Assembly (NCBI RefSeq): GCF_041886205.1
Contig: NZ_CP169029.1
Reading direction: 5' to 3' (one strand)
DNA: 64,000 nt
Source of the DNA: Escherichia coli
Lineage (GTDB): Bacteria > Pseudomonadota > Gammaproteobacteria > Enterobacterales > Enterobacteriaceae
This document shows, piece by piece, positions 11,066 to 23,392 of this stretch (within the stretch, counting starts at the first letter, position 1; every line of letters starts with the position of its first letter). Both the position numbers and the translations under genes were made by a program. The notes under the pieces were generated by a model. That model was not told where the DNA came from and ran no database searches. It saw only the letters and a program-made list of their open reading frames with translations.

Positions 11066-14000
11066 TTATTCCGGGCGCGGCTGCAGCGGGAAGCGGCGGC
11101 GCACCAGCACAAAGAACAGCGGCACGAAGTAAATAGCCAGAATAGTGGCCGAAATCATCCCGCCCATTACGCCAGTACCCACCGCATGCTGACCACCGGA
11201 ACCGGCACCCGTGCTGGTTGCCATTGGCAATACGCCGAAGATAAATGCCAGCGAGGTCATCAGAATCGGGCGTAAACGCTGACGGCAGGCGTGGAGCGTC
11301 GCTTCAAACAGGTCGTGGCCTTTTTGGTTCATCTCGTTAGCAAACTCGACGATCAGGATGGCGTTTTTCGCCGATAAACCAATGACCGTTAACAGGCCCA
11401 CCTGGAAGTAAACGTCGTTTTCCAGCCCGCGCATCCAGGTTGCCAGCAGCGCGCCGATTACCCCCAGCGGCACGACCAGCATTACCGAGAACGGCACCGA
11501 CCAGCTTTCATACAACGCAGCCAGACACAGGAATACCACCAGCAAGGAAATGGCGTACAGCGCCGGAGCCTGCGCGCCGGAAAGCCGCTCCTGATACGAC
11601 ATCGCCGTCCACTCCAGACCAAAGCCGTTTGGCAGCTGCTTCACTAACGATTCCATAATATCCATCGCCGTACCGGTACTGACCCCCGGTGCGGCTTCCC
11701 CAACAATCTCAACCGCAGAATAACCGTTATAGCGTTCCAGACGCGGCGAGCCTGTTTCCCAGCGTGAGGTCGCGAAAGCAGAGAAGGGCACCATGCCGCC
11801 ATTTTTATTTCGGACATACCAGAGATTGATGTCATCTGGCAGCATGCGATACGGCGCAGCTGCCTGCACATAGACTTTCTTCACGCGACCGCGATCCATA
11901 AAGTCATTCACATAGCTCGAACCCCAGGCGGTTTGCAGTGTGTCGTTAATATCGTCGATAGCAACGCCCAGCGCCTGAGCTTTACGCTGGTCGATATCAA
12001 TCTGCAACTGCGGACTGTCGTCGAGGCCGTTATGGCGCACACGGGTTAGCTCCGGGTTTTCCGCCGCCAGCGCCAGCAACTGATTACGTGCTGCCATCAG
12101 CGCATCGTGACCCGCTCCAGCGTGGTCCTGCAACTCCATATCAAAACCTGCAGAACTACCAAGACCGCTAATTGCTGGCGGGCTGCTGGCGATAACGCGA
12201 GCTTCTTTAATTTGGTTAAACGCCTTCGTTGCACGCTCGATAATGGCAAACGAGGTGCCGGTCTTACTGTCGCGTTCGCTCCAGTCTTTCAGGCGGATAA
12301 ACATTCGCGCCACGTTTTGCCCGTTACCCCCAGGGCCAGAACCAACGGTGGCAAACACCGACATGATGTTGTCTTTTTCATGGGTGAAGTAGTATTTCTC
12401 GATTTGCTCAACGACTTTCAGGGTCTGTTGTTGCGTTGAACCGCTGGGCAACTGTACCGAGGTAGTAAACATGCCACGGTCTTCCAGCGGTAAGAACGAC
12501 GTCGGCAAACGCAGGAACAGGAACACCATGCCGCCAAGCAGCAGGACATAAATCACAATCCAGCGCAGGCTACGGTGGAGAATTTTCGCCACCCCTTTTT
12601 CGTAGCGTTCGGCGTTGCGGTTAAACATCTGGTTAAACCAGGCAAAAAAGCCTTTTTGCCCATGATGCTCACCTTTTTTCAGTGGCTTAAGTAGTGTGGC
12701 ACACAGAGCCGGAGTGAGGATCATCGCTACCAGTACTGACAGCACCATCGCCGCAACAATGGTAATAGAGAACTGGCGATAGATGGCACCGGTGGTGCCG
12801 CCGAAGAAGGCCATTGGTACAAATACCGCCGAAAGAACCATCGCAATCCCGACCAGTGCCCCCTGGATCTGCCCCATCGATTTACGTGTGGCTTCGCGAG
12901 GAGTGAGTCCTTCCTCACTCATAATACGTTCGACGTTTTCCACCACCACGATGGCGTCATCCACCAGCAGACCGATCGCCAGCACCATCGCGAACATGGT
13001 TAAGGTGTTGACGCTGTAACCGAAGGCGTAAAGTACGGAGAAGGTTCCCATCAACACCACCGGCACGGCGATAGTGGGTATCAGCGTGGCGCGGAAGTTT
13101 TGCAGGAACAGATACATAACGAGGAAAACCAGAGCGATAGCTTCCAGCAGCGTTTTCACCACGTCTTCAATGGAGGCTTTAACAAACGAGGTGGTTTCAT
13201 ACGCCACCTTGTATTCCAGTCCGTGCGGGAAGTACTGCGCCAGCTCGTCGAGACGATTGAGCACCAGCTCCGCTGTCGCCATTTCGTTTGCGCCGGAGGC
13301 CAGTTTTACCCCCAGCCCGGAGGCTGGCTTACCATTGAAGCGGCTAAGATAATCGTATTTCTCCGCCCCCATTTCGACGGTGGCGACATCGCCCAGCCTT
13401 ACCTCTGAGCCGTCTTGATTCACCCTCAAGGTGATATCGCGGAACTGTTCTGGTGTTTGCAGCAGTGACTGGGCGTTAATGGTGGCGTTGAGCGCCTGCT
13501 TATCGACGGAAGGTGTACCACCAAGTTGCCCAACCGCAATCTGCGCGTTCTGTGACTCAATGGCATCAGTGACATCTTTAGCTGTCATCTGGAAACTGTT
13601 GAGTTTCGCCGGGTCCAGCCAGATACGCATGGAATATTGCGAACCATAGGCATCAATATCCCCGACGCCATTTACGCGGCTTAACGGGTCCTGAATATTA
13701 CTGGCAACATAATCAGCAATATCCTGTTTATCCATCGAACCATCGGTAGAGACGAAGGCAATGGTCAGAATGTTGGTATCGCCGGTTTTACGCACCGTCA
13801 CGCCCTGATTTTGCACCGCCTGCGGTAACTTTCGCATGGCTGATTGCAGCTGGTTTTGTACTTGCTGCACGGCTTCGTCCGGATCGGTGCCTGCTTTAAA
13901 ACTTAAAGTGACAGATGCCTGACCGGTGCCACTGCTCTGAGATGACATATACATGAGATTATCGAGGCCGGTCATATTTTGCTCGATAACCTGGGTCACG

Positions 14001-14179
14001 GTGTTTTCCAGCGTCTGGGCCGATGCGCCGGGATAGTTAGCGGTCACTCGCACATTCGGTGGCGCGAGATCGGGGTATTGTTCAACGGGCAATGAAAAAA
14101 TCGCCAGGGTACCTGTCAGACACAACAGGATTGCCAGCACCCAGGCAAAAATGGGGCGATCAATAAAGAAATTCGCCAT
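11066..14179 (-). CDS. acrD: RND multidrug/aminoglycoside efflux pump AcrD
   Basis: 1037 aa, 12-TM RND transporter; [20 protein letters not shown]-terminus; recognised AcrD. Confidence 0.93.
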   Translation of the reverse strand: MANFFIDRPIFAWVLAILLCLTGTLAIFSLPVEQYPDLAPPNVRVTANYPGASAQTLENTVTQVIEQNMTGLDNLMYMSSQSSGTGQASVTLSFKAGTDPDEAVQQVQNQLQSAMRKLPQAVQNQGVTVRKTGDTNILTIAFVSTDGSMDKQDIADYVASNIQDPLSRVNGVGDIDAYGSQYSMRIWLDPAKLNSFQMTAKDVTDAIESQNAQIAVGQLGGTPSVDKQALNATINAQSLLQTPEQFRDITLRVNQDGSEVRLGDVATVEMGAEKYDYLSRFNGKPASGLGVKLASGANEMATAELVLNRLDELAQYFPHGLEYKVAYETTSFVKASIEDVVKTLLEAIALVFLVMYLFLQNFRATLIPTIAVPVVLMGTFSVLYAFGYSVNTLTMFAMVLAIGLLVDDAIVVVENVERIMSEEGLTPREATRKSMGQIQGALVGIAMVLSAVFVPMAFFGGTTGAIYRQFSITIVAAMVLSVLVAMILTPALCATLLKPLKKGEHHGQKGFFAWFNQMFNRNAERYEKGVAKILHRSLRWIVIYVLLLGGMVFLFLRLPTSFLPLEDRGMFTTSVQLPSGSTQQQTLKVVEQIEKYYFTHEKDNIMSVFATVGSGPGGNGQNVARMFIRLKDWSERDSKTGTSFAIIERATKAFNQIKEARVIASSPPAISGLGSSAGFDMELQDHAGAGHDALMAARNQLLALAAENPELTRVRHNGLDDSPQLQIDIDQRKAQALGVAIDDINDTLQTAWGSSYVNDFMDRGRVKKVYVQAAAPYRMLPDDINLWYVRNKNGGMVPFSAFATSRWETGSPRLERYNGYSAVEIVGEAAPGVSTGTAMDIMESLVKQLPNGFGLEWTAMSYQERLSGAQAPALYAISLLVVFLCLAALYESWSVPFSVMLVVPLGVIGALLATWMRGLENDVYFQVGLLTVIGLSAKNAILIVEFANEMNQKGHDLFEATLHACRQRLRPILMTSLAFIFGVLPMATSTGAGSGGQHAVGTGVMGGMISATILAIYFVPLFFVLVRRRFPLQPRPE

Positions 14180-14342
14180 TAAAAGAGGACCTCGTGTTTC
14201 TGCGTATCGTTGTAGGCTTGACTTGCTTCACTGTAGCGGCAAGGTACGAGCCAATCGTGGAGAAAAAAAGGAGTTAATGTAAATTATCATGCCCTTTTAT
14301 ACTGAACCTTAAGTGCAAGTATTCTTTGGTCAGTAGGAGGCA

Positions 14343-16043
14343 TTACATTAACTGACTTTCCTCACCCTCCGCAGAGCGAAAGCTAATACTCACTAACGTG
14401 CCGCCGCCGGAAGGTTGTGAAAAAGTCAGCGTCCCACCTAGCCGTTCCGCGCGTTCGCGCATGATATTCAGACCATAATGACCTTCGGGTTCTTTCGGTT
14501 CACCGATACCAATCCCGTTATCACGGATATAAACCGTGTGATTGCCGTCCGGCGCGGTGACGCAACTGACGGCGATTTCGCTGGCGTTGGCGTGCTTCAT
14601 CGCATTCAGCACCGCTTCGCGAATAATTTGCAACAAATGCACCTGCATTTGCGCATCCAGTGCCAGGGTTGGCAGACGGCAGTCGAGGGTCAGTTTGGCG
14701 CTGGTTTGATTTTGTAACGTATCCAGCATTTCCCTCAATGCGGAGGGGAGATCCGCCTGCTGCAGCGTCAGGCGGAAAGTAGTCAACAGCTCGCGTAACT
14801 GCCGATAAGCATCATTCAACGCTTGGGAAAAATCGGCCATGATACTTTGTGCGGTGGCGTTATCTTCCGGTATCGAACGCTTCAGTAACGTCAACTGGAT
14901 ACGTAAGTAAGAAAGTACCTGAGCCAGCGAGTCGTGCAATTCGCGGGCGATGGTCGCACGTTCTTCCATCAACAATAATTGCTGAAAATGCTTCTGCGCC
15001 TGATTAAAGTACAAACCGCGTCCCAGCATCGACGAAACGCTGTTAAGCAGCGGTTCTGATGATGAAACGTGACTATTTTGCCAGTGCAGTTCGCCGTAAA
15101 CCGTCTCTTGCATTGTCACCGGTAAAATCTGCATCGGCAATTCCGGGTTTGGTTGCCCTTCGCTAATCCGCCAGTTTTCACCGACATTTAACTCCAGATA
15201 TTCAGCCGCTTCATTGTCGCGAACAATCTGCAAAATATGGCGGAAACAATGCACATCAATCTGGCTAGTGTTCAGCGCCTGCGAACACTGATACAACACC
15301 TCCAGACGACGCTTGGCCTCGTGGAGATCGCGGGTCTTTTCTTCTACTGACGCTTCCAGCGAACGGTACAATTTATGCAGCTCGCTCGACATCTGGTTAA
15401 AGGTTTTTGCAAGCAGACCAAGCTCATTCGGCAGGTTGGTATCCAGCGGCGGCGAGTCGAACTGCCCGTGTTCAATACGCTGACTGGCGGTAACCAGCTG
15501 ATTCAGCGGGGCAACCACCTGATGGCGTATGCGGCGCAAAGTAAAAAAGACCAGCGTGAAAATACCGATGCCGCCAGCCAGGGAAATCGCCACCACCAGC
15601 AGCATTTTGCGTTCAGCGTAGTGCTGTAAAGCCAGTACGAACAGGTCTATCTGATTAACATAATTATTAATATTGGCCTGATACCACGGCAAATCGCCCT
15701 TGCTGAGCCGATTATTCATCTCCAGCCAGTTGGCATTCAGATGCGCATAGCGAGTTTTTACTGCTTCTGGCACATACCAGACGTTGAGGTTGGTTAATAC
15801 CGGTGAATGCAGTGCCTGCTGAAATAACTGGCGATGTGCATTGAGTTGTGGACTGCCACTTTGCAAGTCGTAGCCCAGGCGGTAACTCTGCATACGCAGC
15901 GATCCGGCAATATTGATAGCCTCAGCGTCGCGCAAACTGCTCGCCAGAGTTAGCAGAGCGATACCCGTGGAAAGAATCGACAGCAGCACAATGTAAAAAA
16001 AGGCCCGGGCCAGACTGGCCGAGACGGGTCGTTTAACAATCAC
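14343..16043 (-). CDS. narQ: Nitrate/nitrite sensor histidine kinase NarQ
   Basis: 566 aa from the GTG at 16041-16043 (MIVKRPVSAS...); HAMP and H-box (ELHDSLAQ) plus ATPase domain; ORF track begins 5 codons upstream at another GTG. Confidence 0.9.
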   Translation of the reverse strand: MIVKRPVSASLARAFFYIVLLSILSTGIALLTLASSLRDAEAINIAGSLRMQSYRLGYDLQSGSPQLNAHRQLFQQALHSPVLTNLNVWYVPEAVKTRYAHLNANWLEMNNRLSKGDLPWYQANINNYVNQIDLFVLALQHYAERKMLLVVAISLAGGIGIFTLVFFTLRRIRHQVVAPLNQLVTASQRIEHGQFDSPPLDTNLPNELGLLAKTFNQMSSELHKLYRSLEASVEEKTRDLHEAKRRLEVLYQCSQALNTSQIDVHCFRHILQIVRDNEAAEYLELNVGENWRISEGQPNPELPMQILPVTMQETVYGELHWQNSHVSSSEPLLNSVSSMLGRGLYFNQAQKHFQQLLLMEERATIARELHDSLAQVLSYLRIQLTLLKRSIPEDNATAQSIMADFSQALNDAYRQLRELLTTFRLTLQQADLPSALREMLDTLQNQTSAKLTLDCRLPTLALDAQMQVHLLQIIREAVLNAMKHANASEIAVSCVTAPDGNHTVYIRDNGIGIGEPKEPEGHYGLNIMRERAERLGGTLTFSQPSGGGTLVSISFRSAEGEESQLM

Positions 16044-16248
16044 ACGCGTCTTCTCCACAAAAAATCATTAATGTTCCAGTTCGCTGAAACGCAATTTAGT
16101 CAGTGATGGGATTATTTGATCTGCCACAGTTTATAGCGAAATAGTTACTTATTCTGGGCACATGAACATTGCCGATTCCCCTGTAAGTCGGGTAATAACA
16201 ACACTCATATAAAGAATAAGGTTTTTACAACCAAAAAAGAAGGTCGTT

Positions 16249-18228
16249 ATGAATCGTTTTATTATGGCCAACAGTCAGCAATGTCTGGGTTGTCATGCTT
16301 GTGAAATCGCCTGTGTCATGGCTCACAATGATGAGCAACATGTCCTGAGCCAACACCATTTTCATCCCCGAATTACGGTTATCAAACATCAACAGCAACG
16401 TAGTGCAGTGACCTGTCACCATTGTGAAGATGCGCCCTGCGCCCGTAGCTGCCCTAATGGCGCAATCAGCCACGTTGATGACAGCATTCAGGTCAATCAG
16501 CAAAAGTGTATTGGCTGTAAATCCTGCGTGGTGGCCTGTCCTTTTGGTACGATGCAAATCGTCCTGACACCCGTCGCGGCAGGAAAAGTAAAAGCCACGG
16601 CGCATAAATGCGACCTTTGTGCGGGGCGCGAAAACGGTCCTGCCTGTGTTGAGAATTGCCCGGCGGACGCGCTGCAACTGGTCACTGACGTCGCACTCTC
16701 CGGCATGGCGAAATCCCGCCGCTTGCGCACCGCGCGTCAGGAACATCAACCGTGGCATGCCAGTACCGCGGCGCAAGAAATGCCGGTAATGAGTAAAGTC
16801 GAACAAATGCAGGCAACGCCCGCGCGTGGCGAGCCGGATAAACTGGCGATTGAAGCGCGCAAAACCGGTTTTGATGAAATTTATCTGCCATTTCGCGCCG
16901 ACCAGGCACAACGGGAAGCCTCGCGCTGCCTTAAGTGCGGCGAGCACAGCGTTTGTGAATGGACCTGCCCGCTGCATAACCATATACCGCAGTGGATTGA
17001 ACTGGTGAAAGCCGGAAACATCGACGCCGCCGTCGAGCTTTCTCACCAGACCAACACCCTGCCGGAAATTACCGGACGCGTTTGTCCGCAAGACCGTTTG
17101 TGTGAAGGTGCCTGTACTATTCGCGATGAGCACGGCGCGGTAACTATCGGCAACATTGAACGCTACATTTCAGATCAGGCGTTGGCGAAAGGTTGGCGTC
17201 CTGACTTAAGCCATGTCACCAAAGTGGACAAGCGGGTGGCGATTATCGGTGCAGGTCCGGCAGGGCTGGCCTGTGCGGATGTTCTGACCCGCAATGGCGT
17301 GGGGGTGACGGTGTACGATCGCCATCCAGAAATCGGTGGCTTGCTCACTTTCGGCATTCCTTCTTTCAAACTGGATAAATCCCTGCTGGCACGCCGTCGG
17401 GAAATCTTCAGCGCGATGGGGATTCACTTCGAACTCAATTGTGAAGTGGGTAAAGATGTCTCTTTGGATTCGCTTTTGGAACAATACGACGCGGTCTTCG
17501 TTGGCGTAGGCACTTACCGTTCCATGAAAGCGGGTTTACCCAATGAAGATGCGCCGGGCGTTTATGACGCGCTGCCGTTCCTCATTGCCAACACTAAACA
17601 GGTGATGGGGCTCGAAGAGCTACCGGAAGAGCCGTTTATCAATACCGCCGGACTTAACGTCGTGGTACTGGGCGGCGGCGACACCGCGATGGACTGTGTG
17701 CGTACCGCACTGCGCCACGGCGCGAGTAACGTCACCTGCGCTTATCGTCGTGATGAAGCTAACATGCCAGGCTCGAAGAAAGAAGTGAAGAACGCCCGCG
17801 AAGAGGGGGCCAACTTCGAATTTAACGTCCAGCCGGTGGCGCTTGAGCTGAATGAACAAGGTCACGTCTGCGGGATTCGTTTCCTGCGCACGCGTCTTGG
17901 CGAGCCGGATGCCCAGGGGCGTCGGCGTCCAGTGCCGGTGGAAGGCAGTGAATTTGTCATGCCAGCCGACGCGGTGATTATGGCGTTTGGCTTCAATCCG
18001 CACGGGATGCCGTGGCTGGAGTCGCACGGTGTAACGGTAGACAAATGGGGCCGCATCATCGCGGATGTGGAAAGCCAGTACCGTTACCAGACCACCAATC
18101 CGAAAATCTTCGCTGGTGGTGACGCCGTGCGTGGTGCGGATCTGGTGGTTACCGCAATGGCAGAAGGACGTCATGCGGCACAGGGGATTATTGACTGGCT
18201 GGGGGTAAAATCAGTCAAATCTCACTGA
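16249..18228 (+). CDS. aegA: Putative oxidoreductase AegA (ferredoxin-like N-terminus fused to glutamate-synthase-small-subunit-like flavoprotein)
   Basis: 659 aa; N-terminal Cys clusters (CLGCHACEIAC, CIGCKSCVVACP), C-terminal GAGPAG dinucleotide-binding motif; GAAGG RBS. Confidence 0.9.
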   Translation: MNRFIMANSQQCLGCHACEIACVMAHNDEQHVLSQHHFHPRITVIKHQQQRSAVTCHHCEDAPCARSCPNGAISHVDDSIQVNQQKCIGCKSCVVACPFGTMQIVLTPVAAGKVKATAHKCDLCAGRENGPACVENCPADALQLVTDVALSGMAKSRRLRTARQEHQPWHASTAAQEMPVMSKVEQMQATPARGEPDKLAIEARKTGFDEIYLPFRADQAQREASRCLKCGEHSVCEWTCPLHNHIPQWIELVKAGNIDAAVELSHQTNTLPEITGRVCPQDRLCEGACTIRDEHGAVTIGNIERYISDQALAKGWRPDLSHVTKVDKRVAIIGAGPAGLACADVLTRNGVGVTVYDRHPEIGGLLTFGIPSFKLDKSLLARRREIFSAMGIHFELNCEVGKDVSLDSLLEQYDAVFVGVGTYRSMKAGLPNEDAPGVYDALPFLIANTKQVMGLEELPEEPFINTAGLNVVVLGGGDTAMDCVRTALRHGASNVTCAYRRDEANMPGSKKEVKNAREEGANFEFNVQPVALELNEQGHVCGIRFLRTRLGEPDAQGRRRPVPVEGSEFVMPADAVIMAFGFNPHGMPWLESHGVTVDKWGRIIADVESQYRYQTTNPKIFAGGDAVRGADLVVTAMAEGRHAAQGIIDWLGVKSVKSH

Positions 18229-18295
18229 TAGCCTGCGCAGACAAACCCGACTTCACAGCGTAAGATAATTGTTCATTTCGCGCTGTGGAGTCGGT

Positions 18296-18871
18296 ATGAC
18301 GCAACAAATCACCCTCATTAAAGACAAAATTCTCTCCGATAACTATTTCACCCTGCACAACATTACTTACGATCTCACGCGCAAAGATGGCGAAGTTATC
18401 CGCCATAAACGTGAAGTTTACGATCGCGGTAATGGTGCGACGATCCTCCTGTACAACGCGAAGAAAAAGACCGTGGTTCTGATTCGTCAGTTCCGTGTCG
18501 CTACCTGGGTTAATGGCAATGAAAGCGGGCAGCTGATTGAAACCTGCGCCGGGCTGCTGGATAACGACGAACCGGAAGTGTGCATTCGCAAAGAAGCGAT
18601 TGAAGAGACGGGCTATGAAGTGGGCGAAGTGCGCAAATTATTTGAACTGTATATGTCGCCAGGCGGTGTGACTGAGCTAATCCACTTTTTTATCGCCGAA
18701 TACAGTGACAATCAGCGCGCTAACGCCGGTGGCGGTGTCGAAGATGAAGATATTGAAGTGCTCGAGCTGCCGTTCAGCCAGGCGCTGGAGATGATCAAAA
18801 CCGGCGAGATACGTGACGGTAAGACGGTGTTATTGCTTAACTATTTGCAAACGTCACATTTAATGGACTGA
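18296..18871 (+). CDS. nudK: GDP-mannose pyrophosphatase NudK (Nudix hydrolase)
   Basis: 191 aa from [11 protein letters not shown]; Nudix box [22 protein letters not shown]. Confidence 0.9.
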   Translation: MTQQITLIKDKILSDNYFTLHNITYDLTRKDGEVIRHKREVYDRGNGATILLYNAKKKTVVLIRQFRVATWVNGNESGQLIETCAGLLDNDEPEVCIRKEAIEETGYEVGEVRKLFELYMSPGGVTELIHFFIAEYSDNQRANAGGGVEDEDIEVLELPFSQALEMIKTGEIRDGKTVLLLNYLQTSHLMD

Positions 18872-18996
18872 AAAATAACAATAATATTTCGTTGTTTATT
18901 ATTGGCTCAATCCGACAAATCCGATTGAGCCGCGCTACCTGCGCAACGAAGATACGACTTGTGCTGTTTGTTTGAACTTCTGGGGTCGTACCGTCC

Positions 18997-20040
18997 ATGC
19001 GCTATCGCATTTTCCTTCTCTTTTTTTTCGCTTTGTTGCCGACGTCTTTGGTGTGGGCGGCACCAGCGCAACGGGCGTTTTCCGACTGGCAGGTCACCTG
19101 TAATAACCAAAATTTCTGCGTGGCGCGTAATACGGGCGATCATAATGGACTGGTGATGACCCTGAGCCGCAGCGCCGGGGCGCATACCGATGCCGTTTTA
19201 CGTATTGAGCGCGGCGGGTTGAAATCGCCGGATGCGTCTGAAGGGGAGATAGCGCCACGGCTGCTGTTAGATGGTGAGCCGTTGGCGTTAAGTGGTGACA
19301 AGTGGCTGATTTCACCATGGTTATTAGTAACCGATGATACGGCAACCATCACCGCGTTTTTGCAGATGATTCAGGAAGGGAAGGCGATCACCTTACGCGA
19401 CGGCAATCAGACCATTTCTCTGAGTGGCTTAAAAGCGGCGTTGTTGTTTATTGATGCTCAGCAAAAGCGCGTTGGCAGTGAAACCGCGTGGATAAAGAAA
19501 GGGGACGAACCGCCGCTCAGCGTACCGCCCGCGCCTGCACTGAAAGAGGTCGCGGTGGTTAACCCAACGCCGACGCCACTCTCACTCGAAGAACGCAACG
19601 ATTTGCTGGATTATGGAAACTGGCGGATGAATGGTCTGCGCTGCTCGCTTGATCCATTGCGTCGTGAGGTGAATGTCACTGCGCTGACTGATGATAAAGC
19701 GCTGATGATGATTAGCTGTGAGGCAGGGGCCTATAACACCATTGATTTGGCATGGATTGTGTCGCGTAAAAAGCCACTAGCCTCGCGCCCGGTTCGGTTG
19801 CGTTTGCCGTTCAACAACGGGCAGGAGACGAATGAACTGGAACTGATGAACGCAACATTTGATGAGAAATCGCGTGAACTGGTGACCTTAGCGAAAGGGC
19901 GCGGATTAAGCGATTGTGGCATTCAGGCGCGCTGGCGCTTTGACGGTCAGCGTTTTCGCCTGGTGCGTTACGCCGCAGAACCGACCTGCGATAACTGGCA
20001 TGGGCCAGATGCCTGGCCCACGTTGTGGATCACCCGTTAA
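18997..20040 (+). CDS. ypfG: DUF1176 periplasmic protein YpfG
   Basis: 347 aa with N-terminal signal peptide (MRYRIFLLFFFALLPTSLVWAAP); recognised YpfG. Confidence 0.88.
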   Translation: MRYRIFLLFFFALLPTSLVWAAPAQRAFSDWQVTCNNQNFCVARNTGDHNGLVMTLSRSAGAHTDAVLRIERGGLKSPDASEGEIAPRLLLDGEPLALSGDKWLISPWLLVTDDTATITAFLQMIQEGKAITLRDGNQTISLSGLKAALLFIDAQQKRVGSETAWIKKGDEPPLSVPPAPALKEVAVVNPTPTPLSLEERNDLLDYGNWRMNGLRCSLDPLRREVNVTALTDDKALMMISCEAGAYNTIDLAWIVSRKKPLASRPVRLRLPFNNGQETNELELMNATFDEKSRELVTLAKGRGLSDCGIQARWRFDGQRFRLVRYAAEPTCDNWHGPDAWPTLWITR

Positions 20041-20057
20041 ACAAAATGGCGGGGACA

Positions 20058-20130
20058 TGTAGGCCGGATAAGACGCGTCAGAGTCGCATCCGGCAATCAG
20101 CGTCCGGCAATCAGCATCCGGCGATCACCA
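20058..20130. repeat. REP element plus three degenerate ~14-bp tandem repeats
   Basis: gtaggccggataagacgcgtcagagtcgcatccggc (REP) followed by gcatccggcaatca / gcgtccggcaatca / gcatccggcgatca. Confidence 0.7.
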
Positions 20131-22134
20131 TCAGGCACCTTTCACTCCCAGCACCTTATGCGCTTTTGCCACAATATTCTCGGCGGTAAAGCCAAAGAAC
20201 GGGAACAGCTTATCCGCCGGAGCAGATTCCCCGTAACCCGTCATCCCGACAATTGCCCCTTTCAGACCAACATACTTGTACCAGTAATCGGCAATACCTG
20301 CTTCCACCGCTACGCGAGCCGCAACGTTAGAAGGCAACACCGACTCGCGATAGTCCTCATCCTGAGCGTCAAAAATATCGGTCGAGGGCAGGGAAACTAC
20401 GCGTACATTGCGACCTTCTCCTGCTAATTTCTCTGCCGCTTGCAGGGTAATTTCCATCTCTGAACCGGTGGCAATCAGAATAATATCTGGCTTACCGCCG
20501 CTGTCTTTCAGCACATAACCGCCACGAGCAATCTCTTTAACCTGATCCGGCGTACGTTCCACCTGGGCCAGATTCTGCCTGGAGAGGATCAGTGCCGTCG
20601 GTCCGTTGTGGCGCTCAACCGCCAGCTTCCAGCCCACCGCCGCTTCCACCTGATCGCACGGTCGCCAGGTGCTGAAATTTGGCGTTAAGCGCAGACTGGC
20701 CAGTTGCTCAACAGCCTGGTGCGTCGGACCATCTTCGCCCAGGCCAATTGAGTCGTGGGTATAAACCATAATCTGCCGCGCTTTCATCAGTGCCGCCATT
20801 CGCGCGGCGTTACGGGCGTATTCAACAAACATCAGGAACGTCGCGGTATACGGCACAAAGCCGCCGTGGTGCGCAATGCCGTTGGCGATAGCGGTCATGC
20901 CAAATTCACGCACCCCGTAGTGAATGTAGTTGCCCGCCGGATCTTCCTTCAGCGAAACAGAACCTTTCCAGATGGTCAGGTTGCTGGGAGCCAGATCCGC
21001 CGAACCGCCGAGCAGCTCCGGTAGTATCGGCCCGTAAGCGTTAAGCGTATTTTGCGAAGCCTTACGGGTAGCGATTTTCGCCGGATTTGCCTGTAACTCA
21101 TTGATATATTTCTGAGTCGTTTTCTCCCAGTCCTTCGGTAAACCACCGCTCATCCGACGGGTAAACTCTTCTGCCAGTTGCGGATGAGCCTTTTTATAGG
21201 CGGCAAACTTCTCATTCCAGCTCTGCTGCGCTTTTTCGCCTTTTTCGCGGGCATCCCAGGCGTGATAAATCTCTTTAGGGATTTCAAATGGCGGATGGTG
21301 CCAGCCCAGTTTTTGCCGTGCCAGCGCCACTTCTTCTTCCCCCAGCGGTGCGCCGTGCGCCTCTTCCTTACCTGCTTTATTCGGCGAACCAAAGCCAATC
21401 ACCGTACGGCAGATAATCAGCGACGGCTTATCTTTCACGCTTTGCGCTTCAAGGATCGCTTCCTTCACCGCCTGCGGATCGTGACCGTCGATTTCATGGA
21501 TCACATGCCAGTGATAGGCTTCAAAACGTTTTGCCGTATCGTCGGTAAACCAGCCTTCGGTTTCTCCATCAATCGAAATACCGTTGTGATCGTAAAAACC
21601 AATCAGCTTGCCCAGTCCCAGCGTGCCCGCCAGCGAACAGACTTCGTGGGAAATACCTTCCATCAGGCAGCCGTCGCCCATAAACACATAGGTGAAGTGA
21701 TCGACAATTTCATGATCTGGCTGGTTAAACTGCGCCGCCAGCGTACGCTCTGCTATCGCCAGCCCGACGGCGTTCGCCAAACCTTGTCCAAGTGGACCGG
21801 TGGTGGTTTCAACACCAGGCGTATAGCCGATTTCCGGGTGGCCTGGGGTTTTTGAATGCAACTGACGGAAGTTCTTCAGTTCTTCCAGCGGCAGGTCGTA
21901 GCCCGTCAGATGTAGCAAACTGTAGAGCAGCATTGACGCGTGACCGTTGGAAAGAATAAAGCGGTCGCGATCATACCAGGTTGGGTCGGTAGGGTTATGT
22001 TTAAGAAAATCGTTCCACAGCACTTCAGCAATATCAGCCATGCCCATCGGCGCGCCGGGATGACCAGAATTGGCTTTTTGTACCGCATCCATACTGAGTG
22101 CGCGAATCGCATTGGCAAGGTCTTTTCGGGACAT
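20131..22134 (-). CDS. tktB: Transketolase 2
   Basis: 667 aa from ATG 22134 ([18 protein letters not shown]...), GGAG RBS; ORF track extends 21 codons further upstream to an unlikely start. Confidence 0.92.
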   Translation of the reverse strand: MSRKDLANAIRALSMDAVQKANSGHPGAPMGMADIAEVLWNDFLKHNPTDPTWYDRDRFILSNGHASMLLYSLLHLTGYDLPLEELKNFRQLHSKTPGHPEIGYTPGVETTTGPLGQGLANAVGLAIAERTLAAQFNQPDHEIVDHFTYVFMGDGCLMEGISHEVCSLAGTLGLGKLIGFYDHNGISIDGETEGWFTDDTAKRFEAYHWHVIHEIDGHDPQAVKEAILEAQSVKDKPSLIICRTVIGFGSPNKAGKEEAHGAPLGEEEVALARQKLGWHHPPFEIPKEIYHAWDAREKGEKAQQSWNEKFAAYKKAHPQLAEEFTRRMSGGLPKDWEKTTQKYINELQANPAKIATRKASQNTLNAYGPILPELLGGSADLAPSNLTIWKGSVSLKEDPAGNYIHYGVREFGMTAIANGIAHHGGFVPYTATFLMFVEYARNAARMAALMKARQIMVYTHDSIGLGEDGPTHQAVEQLASLRLTPNFSTWRPCDQVEAAVGWKLAVERHNGPTALILSRQNLAQVERTPDQVKEIARGGYVLKDSGGKPDIILIATGSEMEITLQAAEKLAGEGRNVRVVSLPSTDIFDAQDEDYRESVLPSNVAARVAVEAGIADYWYKYVGLKGAIVGMTGYGESAPADKLFPFFGFTAENIVAKAHKVLGVKGA

Positions 22135-22153
22135 ATAACACTCCGTGGCTGGT

Positions 22154-23104
22154 TTATAGTTTGGCGGCAAGAAGATCTTCCAGTTTGCGTTGATCAACGG
22201 CGAACAGACGAATGCCTTCAGACAGTTTTTCTACCGCCATCGGATCCTGATTGTGCTCCCAACGGAACTCCGCTTCGCTCATGGGAGCTGGGCGTGGGAA
22301 CGTCTGAGAAGGTGGGATTAATTTACGTACCACTGGCGAAACTTTTTCCTGCAGCTCCTTCAGCAAATTCGGTGCGATAGTCAGTCGATCGCAGCCGGTT
22401 AAGGCGAGGATTTGTTCGGTGCGACGGAAGCTCGCGCCCATCACAATGGTTTCATAGTGGTGTTGCTTATAGTAGTCGTAGATATTGCGCACCGATTTAA
22501 CGCCCGGATCTTCTTCCACCACATACGGGTCCATCGGCTTGCGTGCCTGATACCAGTCATAAATACGCCCGACAAACGGCGAAATCAGAAAAACGCCTGC
22601 TTCCGCACAGGCCCGTGCCTGTGCAAAAGAAAACAGCAGCGTCAGGTTGCAGTTAATACCTTCTTTTTCCAGCTCTTCTGCCGCGCGAATTCCTTCCCAG
22701 GTCGAAGCCAGCTTGATCAGAATGCGTGATTTCTCAACGCCTTGTTGCTGATACAAGTCCACCAGATGGCGCGCCTTCTCAATACTCTTTTCTTTATCAA
22801 AAGAGAGGCGTGCATCAACTTCTGTTGACACGCGACCGGGTACGATTTTGAGGATTTCAGCACCGAAATTGACCGCCAGTTTGTCACACGCTGCGACCAC
22901 CTGTTGTTCCTGGGTCTTGCCATTTTTTTTACCCCAGGCGATAGCATCGTCTATTAAATGCTCATATTGTGATAATCCGGCAGCTTTGAGTAACAGCGAA
23001 GGATTGGTGGTGGCATCCTGGGGATGATAATGGCGAATGGACTCAATATCGCCGCTGTCTGCCACGACAGTGGTGAACTGTTTGATGCCGTCTAACTCGT
23101 TCAT
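22154..23104 (-). CDS. talA: Transaldolase A
   Basis: 316 aa; recognised TalA; 19 bp upstream of tktB (talA-tktB operon). Confidence 0.92.
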   Translation of the reverse strand: MNELDGIKQFTTVVADSGDIESIRHYHPQDATTNPSLLLKAAGLSQYEHLIDDAIAWGKKNGKTQEQQVVAACDKLAVNFGAEILKIVPGRVSTEVDARLSFDKEKSIEKARHLVDLYQQQGVEKSRILIKLASTWEGIRAAEELEKEGINCNLTLLFSFAQARACAEAGVFLISPFVGRIYDWYQARKPMDPYVVEEDPGVKSVRNIYDYYKQHHYETIVMGASFRRTEQILALTGCDRLTIAPNLLKELQEKVSPVVRKLIPPSQTFPRPAPMSEAEFRWEHNQDPMAVEKLSEGIRLFAVDQRKLEDLLAAKL

Positions 23105-23392
23105 AGGAAATACTCCTTGAAAAGTAAAGTGTTAGATGAGTGCGTTAATTCACACTTCTGAGAAATTTCGCTAAACGCATCAAAAAAGCATAGCAGACAG
23201 GCATGGTATTGCTGGATTAAGCAGGTAACATCAGTGTTATAGGATTATTACCAAAACATTATATTAATGGTGAGAGTTTTGACTTGCTCAAAGTCTGTAG
23301 ACTCCGGCAGGGTAATAATGTGCGCCACGTTGTGGGCAGGGGCTGTTGCCCACACACTTTATTTGTGAACGTTACGTGAAAGGAACAACCAA

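Noticed and set aside
16225-17133. Long antisense ORFs opposite known genes (e.g. 16225-17133, 21178-21855, 24485-25399, 30580-31415, 35202-36194, 44520-45470, 53995-54852, 12107-13649 cluster)
   Set aside because: Each lies entirely within, and antisense to, a well-supported gene (aegA, tktB, maeB, eutE, eutA, yfeX, cysA, acrD). Their translations are low-complexity and Arg/His-rich, with no recognisable domains, RBS or independent promoter. These are typical shadow ORFs of GC-rich coding sequence.
18904-18931. Perfect 9-bp-stem hairpin between nudK and ypfG as a terminator
   Set aside because: The stem (ggctcaatc...gattgagcc) is real, but it is not followed by a U-tract on either strand, so I cannot assign it a termination role. 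It may be an RNA-stability element or coincidental.
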